DNA from: Candidatus Poseidoniales archaeon
GTDB lineage: Archaea > Thermoplasmatota > Poseidoniia > Poseidoniales > Poseidoniaceae
Reading direction: 5' to 3'
DNA length: 64,000 nucleotides
Assembly (NCBI GenBank): GCA_003602475.1
Contig: QQSC01000016.1
Location: 83,675 to 147,674, forward strand
The notes beneath the pieces are model-generated. The model did no database searches and had not been told where the DNA came from. It saw only the letters and a program-made list of their open reading frames with translations. Of this stretch, positions 41,101 to 48,862 are shown piece by piece. Both the position numbers and the translations under genes were made by a program. Each line of letters begins with the position of its first letter. Positions within the stretch are counted from its first letter, which is position 1.

Positions 41101-43239
41101 GCTGCGTCGATTGAACAACCGATCCAGGTGTTGGTCGAGGACGCCGTGGGCCACCCCATGGAATTGGTGTTGAATTACTGGGTTGAAGCCGATCATGATT
41201 TGAATCGCAACGGTGAGGCGGACCCTGAAGAGTACGCCATCAAAACGGTACGCAACAACACCGTAGCTCAAGCGAAATGGTTCATGACCTCCATCGACAC
41301 CTCGCGCAACCCCAACATGGGCCGTGTTTCCTACTTCTGGGACGGCGGCGACCAAGCCGGCAACCCGTTGCACTACACGGCCATGAACAACGAGGATGAA
41401 GTGCTCAAGTTTGAATCCGAAGACGGGTTCCTCTACGATGATGCCACCTTCCGAACTCGAAAGGACTCAAGGGCCGTTTTCACCGGCTTGGAATGGTTCG
41501 GTCACGAGGACAACCAACCCGTTTATGCTGGACTTGAACAAACCATCAGCCTCGGTTTCATTGACGCCAACACCGCCATTGATTTCGAATACATTTCGCT
41601 CGTGTTCGATTTCGAGGGCCCCAACCCGCTTCGTGACGCGCAAGCCATCTCTTACTCTGGTTTGAACAACACCTTTTGGTCGGATTCATCCTACATCCAC
41701 ATACTGCCGAGCAGCCTCATGACGGAAACGACCAACGAATCCGGTTTGCCATGGATCCTCCTTGACTTCCACTTTACTTTCAGTTGGGATTGGCCGGACG
41801 AAGAGATGGGGGATGTGGCCCTGTTGTACAAAGAACTGGGCAGCGATGAAGCGGCTCGAATCCTCCTTTTGGAACACACCTTCCGCGTGGAGAACGACCT
41901 GATGCTTTCCCCGACCGATTTCTCAGTGGATGACATCAGCCAACCACGAACCGGTCCGGTAGCGGACGGAAGTCGGGTCCGTAAGGACGACCGATTGGCA
42001 TTCGCCGGCCGTGTGGTGTACGAAGGCAGTCAAGTTCCCGCACCACGGAACGTGGGCATTCTTGTGGAAGTCTTTGACGGAGAGAAGCTCTGGTCGGACG
42101 GATCCTTGACCAGCGACGGGGATTACGCTGTTGAAGTGCCACTCTCTTCGGCGTTAACCCTCCAATCCTCACCATCCAGAACCTGTTTGATTTCCATCAC
42201 CAACATCCCAGGGCGGGGAGAAGACATGACGGGCACATTGGTGTCGACCACGCTTCAGGTGGTCGTCGACGACGCTGCCCCTCGCGTCACTCGCCGCATT
42301 GGTCCGTTGAACGTGATTGATATTTCCGCGAACAACGACCTGACCCAAGTGCCGGTTGAATTCCAAGGGACGGAGGACGCCGACCTAACCGGTTCGCAAC
42401 AAATCGTTCATTGGGTAATGCGAGACGCGACTCGAACCATGACCATCGGTTCGGGTTCCACGCTTCTGGGCATGCAGCAAGACGACCAAGATGTTCGTTG
42501 GACAGCCGTATTGGACATCACAGCAGGCGGAACCATCGTTCCACGCGTGGGTGACTTCGTCGGGTTCTACATCACCGGTTACGATGCAGCAGGCAATCAG
42601 TTCCCGGTCGTTTCCAATTCCGAGGCCAGTCCCGTTCCAGAATTGGCCGTTGACGACCTTGATTTCGAGCGCCAATGGGTGAGGCTGGGTGCCGTTGGAC
42701 CCGAACTACGGGTCGATAACATTGCGTTGAGCGACGATCACATTGCACCTGGTGCAAAGGTGAAGGTCACCGCCAACATTCTGAACACAGGCGGCAACAC
42801 CACCTCTCAATTCAAGGTCGCCTTCTTTGCTGGCGACGCCGAAGAGCCCTTTTTCGTAGCGGCTATCGTTGGAATGGACGCTGGTGAGCGCCTTTCGGTG
42901 CCGGCAGAATGGACCTCAACAGAGGTCGACCGGGTTCGAGTGGTGGTTGATTTCGAGAATGAAATTCCTGAAGCCAACGACAACGACAACGCTGCTGAGC
43001 ACGCCGTGACCATTGCCTACGGTGAGTACTTTGGATGGTTCGATTCTGTTCGTGAACAACCCCTTGCCTGGATGTTCATCTTGCTTACCATCATGACCTT
43101 GGCCATCGTGTTCACCGTCGCCACACGCACATCGATCGATTTCGGCGAAGGAGCCTTTGATGACGACGAGGACTGGGACGACGACGAAGAGGGCGACGAC
43201 GAATACGACGACGACGAATACGACGACGACGACGACTGA
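38167..43239 (+). CDS. giant (~1690 aa) type-I anchored surface protein with CARDB domain, C-terminal TM and poly-acidic tail
   Basis: Signal peptide MRKAVALVLIFLLSVLSPLAAAS (track start GTG 38158). C-terminal TM LAWMFILLTIMTLAIVFTVA. Tail DDDEDWDDDEEGDDEYDDDEYDDDDD. Confidence 0.85.
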   Translation: MRKAVALVLIFLLSVLSPLAAASTTETQFKDGSTSYTHTFTGLGNGTAGVVSIPYGAEVTAASFNLRGEASSTAYTNFTTNDHFGGVGDANLNGNYGGPPSPYQYITRNGVNVQRSAMELKGNPSLLAPIFDNTNQVSDLDGAHQNTTGEFVSLGDQGYVSPTKDYATLSLTGGSWSYTGVVVPVSEDQLHVIRMSSSSSSATPYLQRYNATTGAYLGTGSFLSGSCTGSNLGNYIVDADVYDGHIYSAHYTYSGRVTKWALSGTNNQNWQCQSNHQYPSNNYITGVDIDDNTGKMYVGHYSSTTTSHSLREVNPASPTVVNSTWFMTSTTNYWEYGMGLSVSLPSIIYNVYAANSNGNWKSTHHHFNMQNSLLSNQGSILMPGGGHYGLVGGGEDNTVMYACHYSSTAYCTQGVRKAFTYGDGSLFDPRTPTSTTATVVGPTTSLARAITTVDLSAVLGAVPTGTSIDVDISLDGGSTWKAGSPGQRLNFAAPGSSLVWRATLNGTSTEAPVLGDIILSYVTSYLSNGYYNAYSYNSGSNVVAITADWDEDVPVGTSVRVMVGYSTSNGCTSGSTGVQSFLSPNTTQNVNSGNSRPCIRVELSTSNTGLTPMVSNLSIAFHSNAPSEPGINIDKRSAFRWPANNGALVGPLAVRSTQPGNTLVDKLNDAIPDTGSGIKDVQIDLVAASSGVLVLESFEITYTMQTVNLDMTIPEGEVLHERVEPYEVVTRHVIGETATSIASAELTLMTNSLANNPILTWQFGDIFPAPNDPGQYIQMDPSSYSTQNNGILEIHWKFFVTSDFPDQDNVRFKVSCQDDSGASGFSPLPLTSQEGLSVNRSFGLGWLNVRDNDGEMTSQDVPDHSWVAAGERLHFVGAMWFMDTEDAPKDSAFDVRISRNGYVESTARDVTNNNGTFFISIDLPNIDVPDGMTYEVQTYNERSPEHVQQPNAEWRRTYKVDATAPERMAVHPQNEDYEAASIEQPIQVLVEDAVGHPMELVLNYWVEADHDLNRNGEADPEEYAIKTVRNNTVAQAKWFMTSIDTSRNPNMGRVSYFWDGGDQAGNPLHYTAMNNEDEVLKFESEDGFLYDDATFRTRKDSRAVFTGLEWFGHEDNQPVYAGLEQTISLGFIDANTAIDFEYISLVFDFEGPNPLRDAQAISYSGLNNTFWSDSSYIHILPSSLMTETTNESGLPWILLDFHFTFSWDWPDEEMGDVALLYKELGSDEAARILLLEHTFRVENDLMLSPTDFSVDDISQPRTGPVADGSRVRKDDRLAFAGRVVYEGSQVPAPRNVGILVEVFDGEKLWSDGSLTSDGDYAVEVPLSSALTLQSSPSRTCLISITNIPGRGEDMTGTLVSTTLQVVVDDAAPRVTRRIGPLNVIDISANNDLTQVPVEFQGTEDADLTGSQQIVHWVMRDATRTMTIGSGSTLLGMQQDDQDVRWTAVLDITAGGTIVPRVGDFVGFYITGYDAAGNQFPVVSNSEASPVPELAVDDLDFERQWVRLGAVGPELRVDNIALSDDHIAPGAKVKVTANILNTGGNTTSQFKVAFFAGDAEEPFFVAAIVGMDAGERLSVPAEWTSTEVDRVRVVVDFENEIPEANDNDNAAEHAVTIAYGEYFGWFDSVREQPLAWMFILLTIMTLAIVFTVATRTSIDFGEGAFDDDEDWDDDEEGDDEYDDDEYDDDDD
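42703..43008 (+). other. CARDB domain of giant protein 2
   Basis: ELRVDNIALSDDHIAPGAKVKVTANILNTGGNTTSQFKVAFFAG...GERLSVPAEW...VVVDFENEIPEANDNDN is a CARDB-like pattern, including the terminal 'E.nE.NN'. Confidence 0.6.
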
Positions 43240-43322
43240 ACCCGAGGCTTCAGCCAAACGCTCAAATCGTGTTGAAGGGGGGCTCTCTTTCGGAGGGAGT
43301 GGTGTTGTCGCGCGCGTTTTCA

Positions 43323-46300
43323 ATGCTGCACCCCAAACTCCACACCGCTTTATCGGACAAGGGTTGGACACCGACCCCCATTCAAGAGTTGGTGGTACCG
43401 GAACTGATCAAAGGGGAAGACCGCATCATCATCGCCCCCACAGGCTCGGGAAAAACCATGGCGGGCATTCTGCCCCTGTTCCACCGTTGCCTTGAGGAGG
43501 AATGGCCCTCGTTATCCATCCTTTACATCACACCTCTTCGAGCGTTGAACCGTGACGTGGATCGTCGGTTAACCGAACTGGCAGAGGCGGTCGGTCTGCG
43601 TGTGGATGTGCGCCACGGGGACACGCCCCAATCTCAGCGGACCAAGCAAACCCGGCGCCCGCCCAATTTACTGGTGACGACCCCTGAAACATTCCAGTTG
43701 CTTTTCACCGGTAAGAACGTCAGAGCCATGCTCAGTGGTGTCCGAGCGGTTGTTGTGGACGAAGTTCATGATTTAGCCGCCTCGGAACGCGGTTGGCAGT
43801 TGAGCGTCGGGCTCTCTAGATTGGACCGCCTGGCAGGCCGAACCATCCAGCGGTTGGGTTTGTCGGCCACCGTAGGCAATCCCGAACAAGTGGCGTCGTG
43901 GTTGTCGCCCGAACGCGGCCGCCCACTCATCGCCATGGGGATGCGAGAGACTGAACTCACCGTGGAATCCACCATCCCCACAGCTGAAGACGAAATCGGT
44001 TCCACGGACCTTATGCTTAGTCCCAGACAACACGCCTGTTACCGTCAACTGTGCGACATACTCCGGAATCAGGCTCCGTGTTTGGTGTTCGTGAACAGCC
44101 GAAGCGATGCCGAAACCCTGTCGTCGCGTCTTTCTTCTTTGGCTCCAGATCTCCGCATTGGTGTTCATCACGGTTCGTTGGCAGCCGAAACTCGCCAGTC
44201 CATGGAGGACCAATTGCGGGAAGGGGCGTTGGCAGGATTGGTTTGCACGTCCAGTTTGGAACTTGGAATCGACGTGGGGAGCGTGCGGCGAATTGTTCAG
44301 GTCCACTCTCCAAAATCGGTGGACCGAATGTTGCAACGTGTAGGTCGAGCCGACCATCGTTTGGGTGGCTTGGGCAGAGGGCACATCCTCTCATGGGACA
44401 CCGACCATCTCGTCGAAGCCGCCGTCATCGCTCGGGGGGCTATGAGGGGCAACATCGAACCCGTCGAATGGCGTCCGATGCCACGTACGGTTGCTGCCAA
44501 TCAACTTGTTTTAATGGCGCATGCGCACAAGGTTGTTTCCTTGGACATCGCCACCGAAGTGCTCGCAGCCACCGCCCAATTTGAAGGTTGGACGCGAGAC
44601 GACACCGTCGCAGTTGCTTCGGTTTTGGCCGAACGTTGGGTCATTAAGGTGGTTCAGCAGCCCTCGGAAGTCCCCTGGTACCGTTGGCCCAAAGCACTGT
44701 ATGAAGCGGCTCTGGCCATGATTGGCGATGAAGCCGAAACCTTCCCAGAGATGTTGCCGCTGTATTCCACCCCCGAGGAAGAGGTTCCAGTGGCTTACAA
44801 GAGCAAAGTGTTGCCCCTTCCAAAGGCGTTTTCAAGTGGCTGGTTGGCCACAGCCGGCAGAACTCGAGAGTGGGTCAGTCACCATTTGTCGATGATACCC
44901 GACAAAAAGTCCTATCGAGTTCGAGATGCCGTGACTCGGCAAAGTCTTGGGAACGTGGATGAAGCGTTCGTTTTGAGCCTCAACGACTCGGGTGAGGATG
45001 AAGACGGCGCACCACGAAGATTCGTGATTGCAGGACGAACGTGGATGATCATCGATGCAGACCCCGAACAATCCGAGTTGTTGGTTACCCCGGTTAACGA
45101 TCAGGGCAAGGCCCCCCAATGGCTGGGGGAGTTGCCTCCTGTGCCACCCCAGGTGGCCAGAGACATCGGTCATCTCCGGCATCTTATCGCGCACGATCTT
45201 GGTCTTGTCGAAGCACCCAGTCCGCCGAACTTGGACCCACTTGGTTTGGTGACTCGGGAAGCGACCACTCTGGACTCCTTCCCCCTTGACAGCGAAGCGC
45301 TCTCGCTGGTAGCCGAGGTTGTTCGAGACCACATCGAAGCCACAGGACACCTGCCAACCGACCGAACCATGACCATTGAAGAACGGAACGATGCCTTTGT
45401 GATCAACTCCTGTCATGGGTCAAAAATCAACGAAGCCCTCGGTCACTTCCTGCTGTCCATGGCGTCCACCAAATCCGGTTCTTGGGGCCGCCTTGTGGTG
45501 GAACCGACACGAATTGCCCTCCAAACATCGGGCGTACGCCCAGAAGACATCGTATCATGGTTGATGGAAACCCCGCCCGATGCCATCGAGCAATTGCTGA
45601 GCATCACGGTTCCAAATTCACGACAGGTCCGTTGGAGGTTTGCACAGGTCGCCAAGACGTTCGGCGTTCTGCGTCACGGCGTTGATCCTCGGAAAATCAA
45701 CCTTCAAGCCTTGTTACGAAAATATCGAGGCACGGTGGTGATGGAAGAAGTTCTGTCAAAACTGTTCCATGAGAGAATGGATGTTCGGGGAGCGAGTGAT
45801 GTGATGAAAGGGCTCCAATCGGGCGTGTTGTCGTTGCACATTACTGCATCAGGTCCATTGGGCCTGTCCAACCGAACCCAAGATGACATGCTCCTGCCGA
45901 ACTGGGACAATGCAGCGCTGCGTGAACGCTTGAAACTCAGGCTGACCAACGAGCGAGCGGTGTTGTGTTGCCTTCGTTGTCACAGCCTTCGCCGGTTCAG
46001 AATCGCCAAATACCTCTCAATCGATCGACCTGGAACGTGCCTCAAGTGCGGTGGGACACGCTTGGCTTGCGCCCGCGAAGGCTTAACGAACATGCTTGAA
46101 GGGTGGGTGGCTTCTGAAGATCAGAAGGACCAAGATCGAATGGCGAAGAACGCAGCACTGGTGGCGAACCGAGGCGTGGAAGCCATCATGGCGTTGATGG
46201 GGCGCGGTGTGGGTGAAGCCACCGCTTCTCGAATCATGATGAAAACCCCACAGGGCAACGAACAGGCGTTGTTGAAAGCGATCCACCATGCCGAGGTCGA

Positions 46301-46331
46301 ATACGCCCGTACCCGACGCTTTTGGAGTTAG
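43323..46331 (+). CDS. lhr: Lhr-like DEAD/DEAH-box ATP-dependent helicase
   Basis: TPIQELV, APTGSGKT, VVVDEVHDL, LSATVGNPEQVASWL, and a C-terminal Zn-ribbon CLRCHS...CLKCGG. Track start GTG 43269; ATG 43323 chosen. GTG 43299/43302 after GGAGGGA is also possible. Confidence 0.85.
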   Translation: MLHPKLHTALSDKGWTPTPIQELVVPELIKGEDRIIIAPTGSGKTMAGILPLFHRCLEEEWPSLSILYITPLRALNRDVDRRLTELAEAVGLRVDVRHGDTPQSQRTKQTRRPPNLLVTTPETFQLLFTGKNVRAMLSGVRAVVVDEVHDLAASERGWQLSVGLSRLDRLAGRTIQRLGLSATVGNPEQVASWLSPERGRPLIAMGMRETELTVESTIPTAEDEIGSTDLMLSPRQHACYRQLCDILRNQAPCLVFVNSRSDAETLSSRLSSLAPDLRIGVHHGSLAAETRQSMEDQLREGALAGLVCTSSLELGIDVGSVRRIVQVHSPKSVDRMLQRVGRADHRLGGLGRGHILSWDTDHLVEAAVIARGAMRGNIEPVEWRPMPRTVAANQLVLMAHAHKVVSLDIATEVLAATAQFEGWTRDDTVAVASVLAERWVIKVVQQPSEVPWYRWPKALYEAALAMIGDEAETFPEMLPLYSTPEEEVPVAYKSKVLPLPKAFSSGWLATAGRTREWVSHHLSMIPDKKSYRVRDAVTRQSLGNVDEAFVLSLNDSGEDEDGAPRRFVIAGRTWMIIDADPEQSELLVTPVNDQGKAPQWLGELPPVPPQVARDIGHLRHLIAHDLGLVEAPSPPNLDPLGLVTREATTLDSFPLDSEALSLVAEVVRDHIEATGHLPTDRTMTIEERNDAFVINSCHGSKINEALGHFLLSMASTKSGSWGRLVVEPTRIALQTSGVRPEDIVSWLMETPPDAIEQLLSITVPNSRQVRWRFAQVAKTFGVLRHGVDPRKINLQALLRKYRGTVVMEEVLSKLFHERMDVRGASDVMKGLQSGVLSLHITASGPLGLSNRTQDDMLLPNWDNAALRERLKLRLTNERAVLCCLRCHSLRRFRIAKYLSIDRPGTCLKCGGTRLACAREGLTNMLEGWVASEDQKDQDRMAKNAALVANRGVEAIMALMGRGVGEATASRIMMKTPQGNEQALLKAIHHAEVEYARTRRFWS

Positions 46332-46501
46332 TCCAACGGCAAGAAAGAACGAAACGGGTGTTTGGGCCCTCCACTCGCCATAGAGGCTTGTGGGACGGGT
46401 GAAATCCAACAGAGTTGCGCCCTGAATGAGGGCTTCTCGAATTCAAACAGCGTTGAGGAAATCACACCCATGGAGGTGTTCATTCATTACGGATTCGTTG
46501 T

Positions 46502-47761
46502 TCAAGAATCCTCAGGGTGATCGCTGAGTGATGCCGGCGATTGGACGGAAGACTCCGACCCCAACGATTCCACCGGCATGCTGAGCATGGCTTTTCTCAA
46601 CGAGGCCCGAAGTTGAATCAATTCACCGTAGCACACCAAGACATCGTCGAATCGCAGTTGCATTTCAGGGTCAGGATTCCACACAAGTCGGTCTCCCCTT
46701 GAAAGGGCAAACACTGGAATTGACGCAAAGACTTCGTTCAATCGTCGTCCGACCATTTTCGGGTGGTTCCGAAGTTGCAAACTGAGAACGCCAGAACCGG
46801 GGACGGTCCTCAGCAGTTGATCAAGGTCCACATCACCAAACGCCGTGTCTTCCATGACGAAGTCGACGATGGCACCCGCTACGTTAACACCGCTCGCTCT
46901 TTCGATTCCCTCAAGGCCAGGGGAGGAGTTGACTTCGAGCACCAACGGACCGTTCGCCCCCTCGAGCAAATCCACACCAGCGATGTTCAGCCCAAGAACT
47001 CGGGCCGCACGGCATGCTGCTTCGGCGTATTCGGGAGAGAGGTCGACCGGTTCCACCGTTCCATTTAAGTGAAAGTTGCTTCGGAATTCCCGGCCTCTCG
47101 CTCGACGTCGCATGGCGGCCACAACCTTGCCCCCCACGACAAGGGCACGAACGTCTTTACCGTGCGATTCTGCGATGTACTCTTGGACGAGGACGGACTT
47201 CCCGGTCAGCAACAATCCCTGCACGAGGTTCCGGACTTCAAACGCCGTATGGCGCAGGAAGACACCATCACCTTGCGTGCCTTGGGTGACCTTCACGACC
47301 ACCGGCAAACCGCCGACCATCTCGATGGCGTGTTCCACGTCAATGATGTCTCGAACATACGCCGTCTTGGGGACTGGCATTCTGTTTCGAGCGAGGATTT
47401 GGGAGGCGTGAAGTTTGTCTCGACTCTGGAGAATGCCTTGCCCACTGTTGGCAGTCCACATGCCCAACTGTTCGATTTGGCGCAGGACAGCCACGCCGTG
47501 CTGGGTGATGGAATGGCCGATTCGTGGGATGACGGCATCGTAGGAGAACGCTTCCCCTTTGTGGAGCACGTCCACGCTTCCATCAGAGATGGTCAGTGAG
47601 AATTTCATCGGGTCGCAGACGTCAACACGCAACCCTCGCCGTCTCGCTTCCTCCACAATTCGCCGAGTGCTGTAGAGCCGAGGACCTCGGCTGAGGACGG
47701 CCAAACGCAACCCTGCGCCCTTTGTGGGCGGGTGAGGGCCGGTATCGTCAAGCCTGCGCAT
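46502..47761 (-). CDS. rimK: RimK-family ATP-grasp ligase fused to a C-terminal TrkA-C (RCK_C) domain
   Basis: Track ORF trimmed to ATG 47761 (MRRLDDTG). LRLAVLSRGPRLYSTRRIVEEA, DKLHASQILA, PVVVKVTQGTQGDGVF, VLVQEYI and LEVNSSPGLEGIE form the RimK pattern. The tail SLQLRNHPKMVGRRLNEVF...ALSRGDRLVWNPDPEMQLRFDDVLVCYG is the TrkA_C pattern. Confidence 0.8.
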   Translation of the reverse strand: MRRLDDTGPHPPTKGAGLRLAVLSRGPRLYSTRRIVEEARRRGLRVDVCDPMKFSLTISDGSVDVLHKGEAFSYDAVIPRIGHSITQHGVAVLRQIEQLGMWTANSGQGILQSRDKLHASQILARNRMPVPKTAYVRDIIDVEHAIEMVGGLPVVVKVTQGTQGDGVFLRHTAFEVRNLVQGLLLTGKSVLVQEYIAESHGKDVRALVVGGKVVAAMRRRARGREFRSNFHLNGTVEPVDLSPEYAEAACRAARVLGLNIAGVDLLEGANGPLVLEVNSSPGLEGIERASGVNVAGAIVDFVMEDTAFGDVDLDQLLRTVPGSGVLSLQLRNHPKMVGRRLNEVFASIPVFALSRGDRLVWNPDPEMQLRFDDVLVCYGELIQLRASLRKAMLSMPVESLGSESSVQSPASLSDHPEDS

Positions 47762-47815
47762 GGTGGTTATCCGAAGGATGCGCGCCTTTGAAATGCTCGG
47801 CAGTTGTGGCGGAAA

Positions 47816-48790
47816 ATGATGAATGAAGAGGCGACTCAGGAACCCACAGGAGCGTTGGTGGTCGATGGAGACCAAGACGAATTGATGGAGGAGATGTCGC
47901 TTGATGAGCGCAAAGAGCGGTTGAAACGCACCCGATGGAACGTGTTTCTCTACCTTGGTGTTGCTGCGATCATGTTCGGTTTTGCCTTGTTTCCCATGCC
48001 GTTTTCTGCCGAATACGACGACTTCACAGATTCTGCACAAAAGGACATCGGCCTCGTATGGGGTTTGCCGCTGAGCGGAGAAGGGTTGTTCGACGTCCCC
48101 ATGAACATCGAAGTTACGGCCAGCAACCCTCCAGCCCAAAACAACGTGGACATCGGGGTTTACATCCTCAACGAAGACGATTGTTCGAGCAACCTTGGCG
48201 CTGCCACCGAATCAGCACGAAACGGTGGCTCTCACGCCTACCAGTTCAAGACTTCCGGTGAGGAGATTCTGGTTGATGGAACGTACGAATTCAATTTCGC
48301 CATCGACCCCGGTCAATACTGTCTGATCGTGGAATACTTTAACGAAACAGGGGCAAAAATCACGCGCTCGGGCGCAGACATGTCCGTGGACGGTCAACTC
48401 TACCCCAACCAGTTCTTTGGTGGCGTGCTGGGTTTGCTGTGTTTGGGGTTGTCCATTTTTGCCTTCTTGGGAGCACAAAAACACGGAACTGCACTCCGGT
48501 CCATCCTCGAGGGAGAACATGAAACGATTGAATCGAAGGTGTTGGCGGATGCGAACCAAGCCCTCCTCTCCGCCGGTCCAAGCGGCCCTCCATCTGCAGG
48601 GCCCACCGAACCGCCCACAACCGGGCCCGCCTCGCCCCCTCATCTAGGAACAGAAACCTCACAAGAAGACGTGTATGAACCCGCTGAGAACGGCTACTTC
48701 TTCCGCAAGATGGCCGATGGCACCTACGACCAAACCGTCTACGTACAAGCCGAGGACGGGAGCTATCAACCCTATCAAGCGCCTCAATGA
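47816..48790 (+). CDS. two-TM membrane protein with Pro-rich C-terminal tail, unknown function
   Basis: Track start TTG 47804; ATG 47816 chosen. Acidic N-terminus, TM (VFLYLGVAAIMFGFALF), ectodomain of about 150 aa, TM (FFGGVLGLLCLGLSIFAFLG), then PSGPPSAGPTEPPTTGPASPP. Confidence 0.55.
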   Translation: MMNEEATQEPTGALVVDGDQDELMEEMSLDERKERLKRTRWNVFLYLGVAAIMFGFALFPMPFSAEYDDFTDSAQKDIGLVWGLPLSGEGLFDVPMNIEVTASNPPAQNNVDIGVYILNEDDCSSNLGAATESARNGGSHAYQFKTSGEEILVDGTYEFNFAIDPGQYCLIVEYFNETGAKITRSGADMSVDGQLYPNQFFGGVLGLLCLGLSIFAFLGAQKHGTALRSILEGEHETIESKVLADANQALLSAGPSGPPSAGPTEPPTTGPASPPHLGTETSQEDVYEPAENGYFFRKMADGTYDQTVYVQAEDGSYQPYQAPQ

Positions 48791-48862
48791 ACAGCACCTC
48801 ACACCGCCCGTTCATCGCCAGCCTTGAAAGGCACCGGCCCAACCGTGGAGTAGGGAAGAGGC

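Noticed and set aside
47762-48139. N-terminal extensions of track ORFs. Examples are RimK to 48139, 645..794, 18193..19536 beyond 19326, 20834..21169, 53883..54260, 58485..58592, 50943..51104 and 32033..32329.
   Set aside because: The extensions overlap neighbouring genes or divergent promoters and are compositionally junk-like (Arg/Ser/His-rich). Internal ATGs with SD-like sequences, signal peptides or conserved N-termini fit better.
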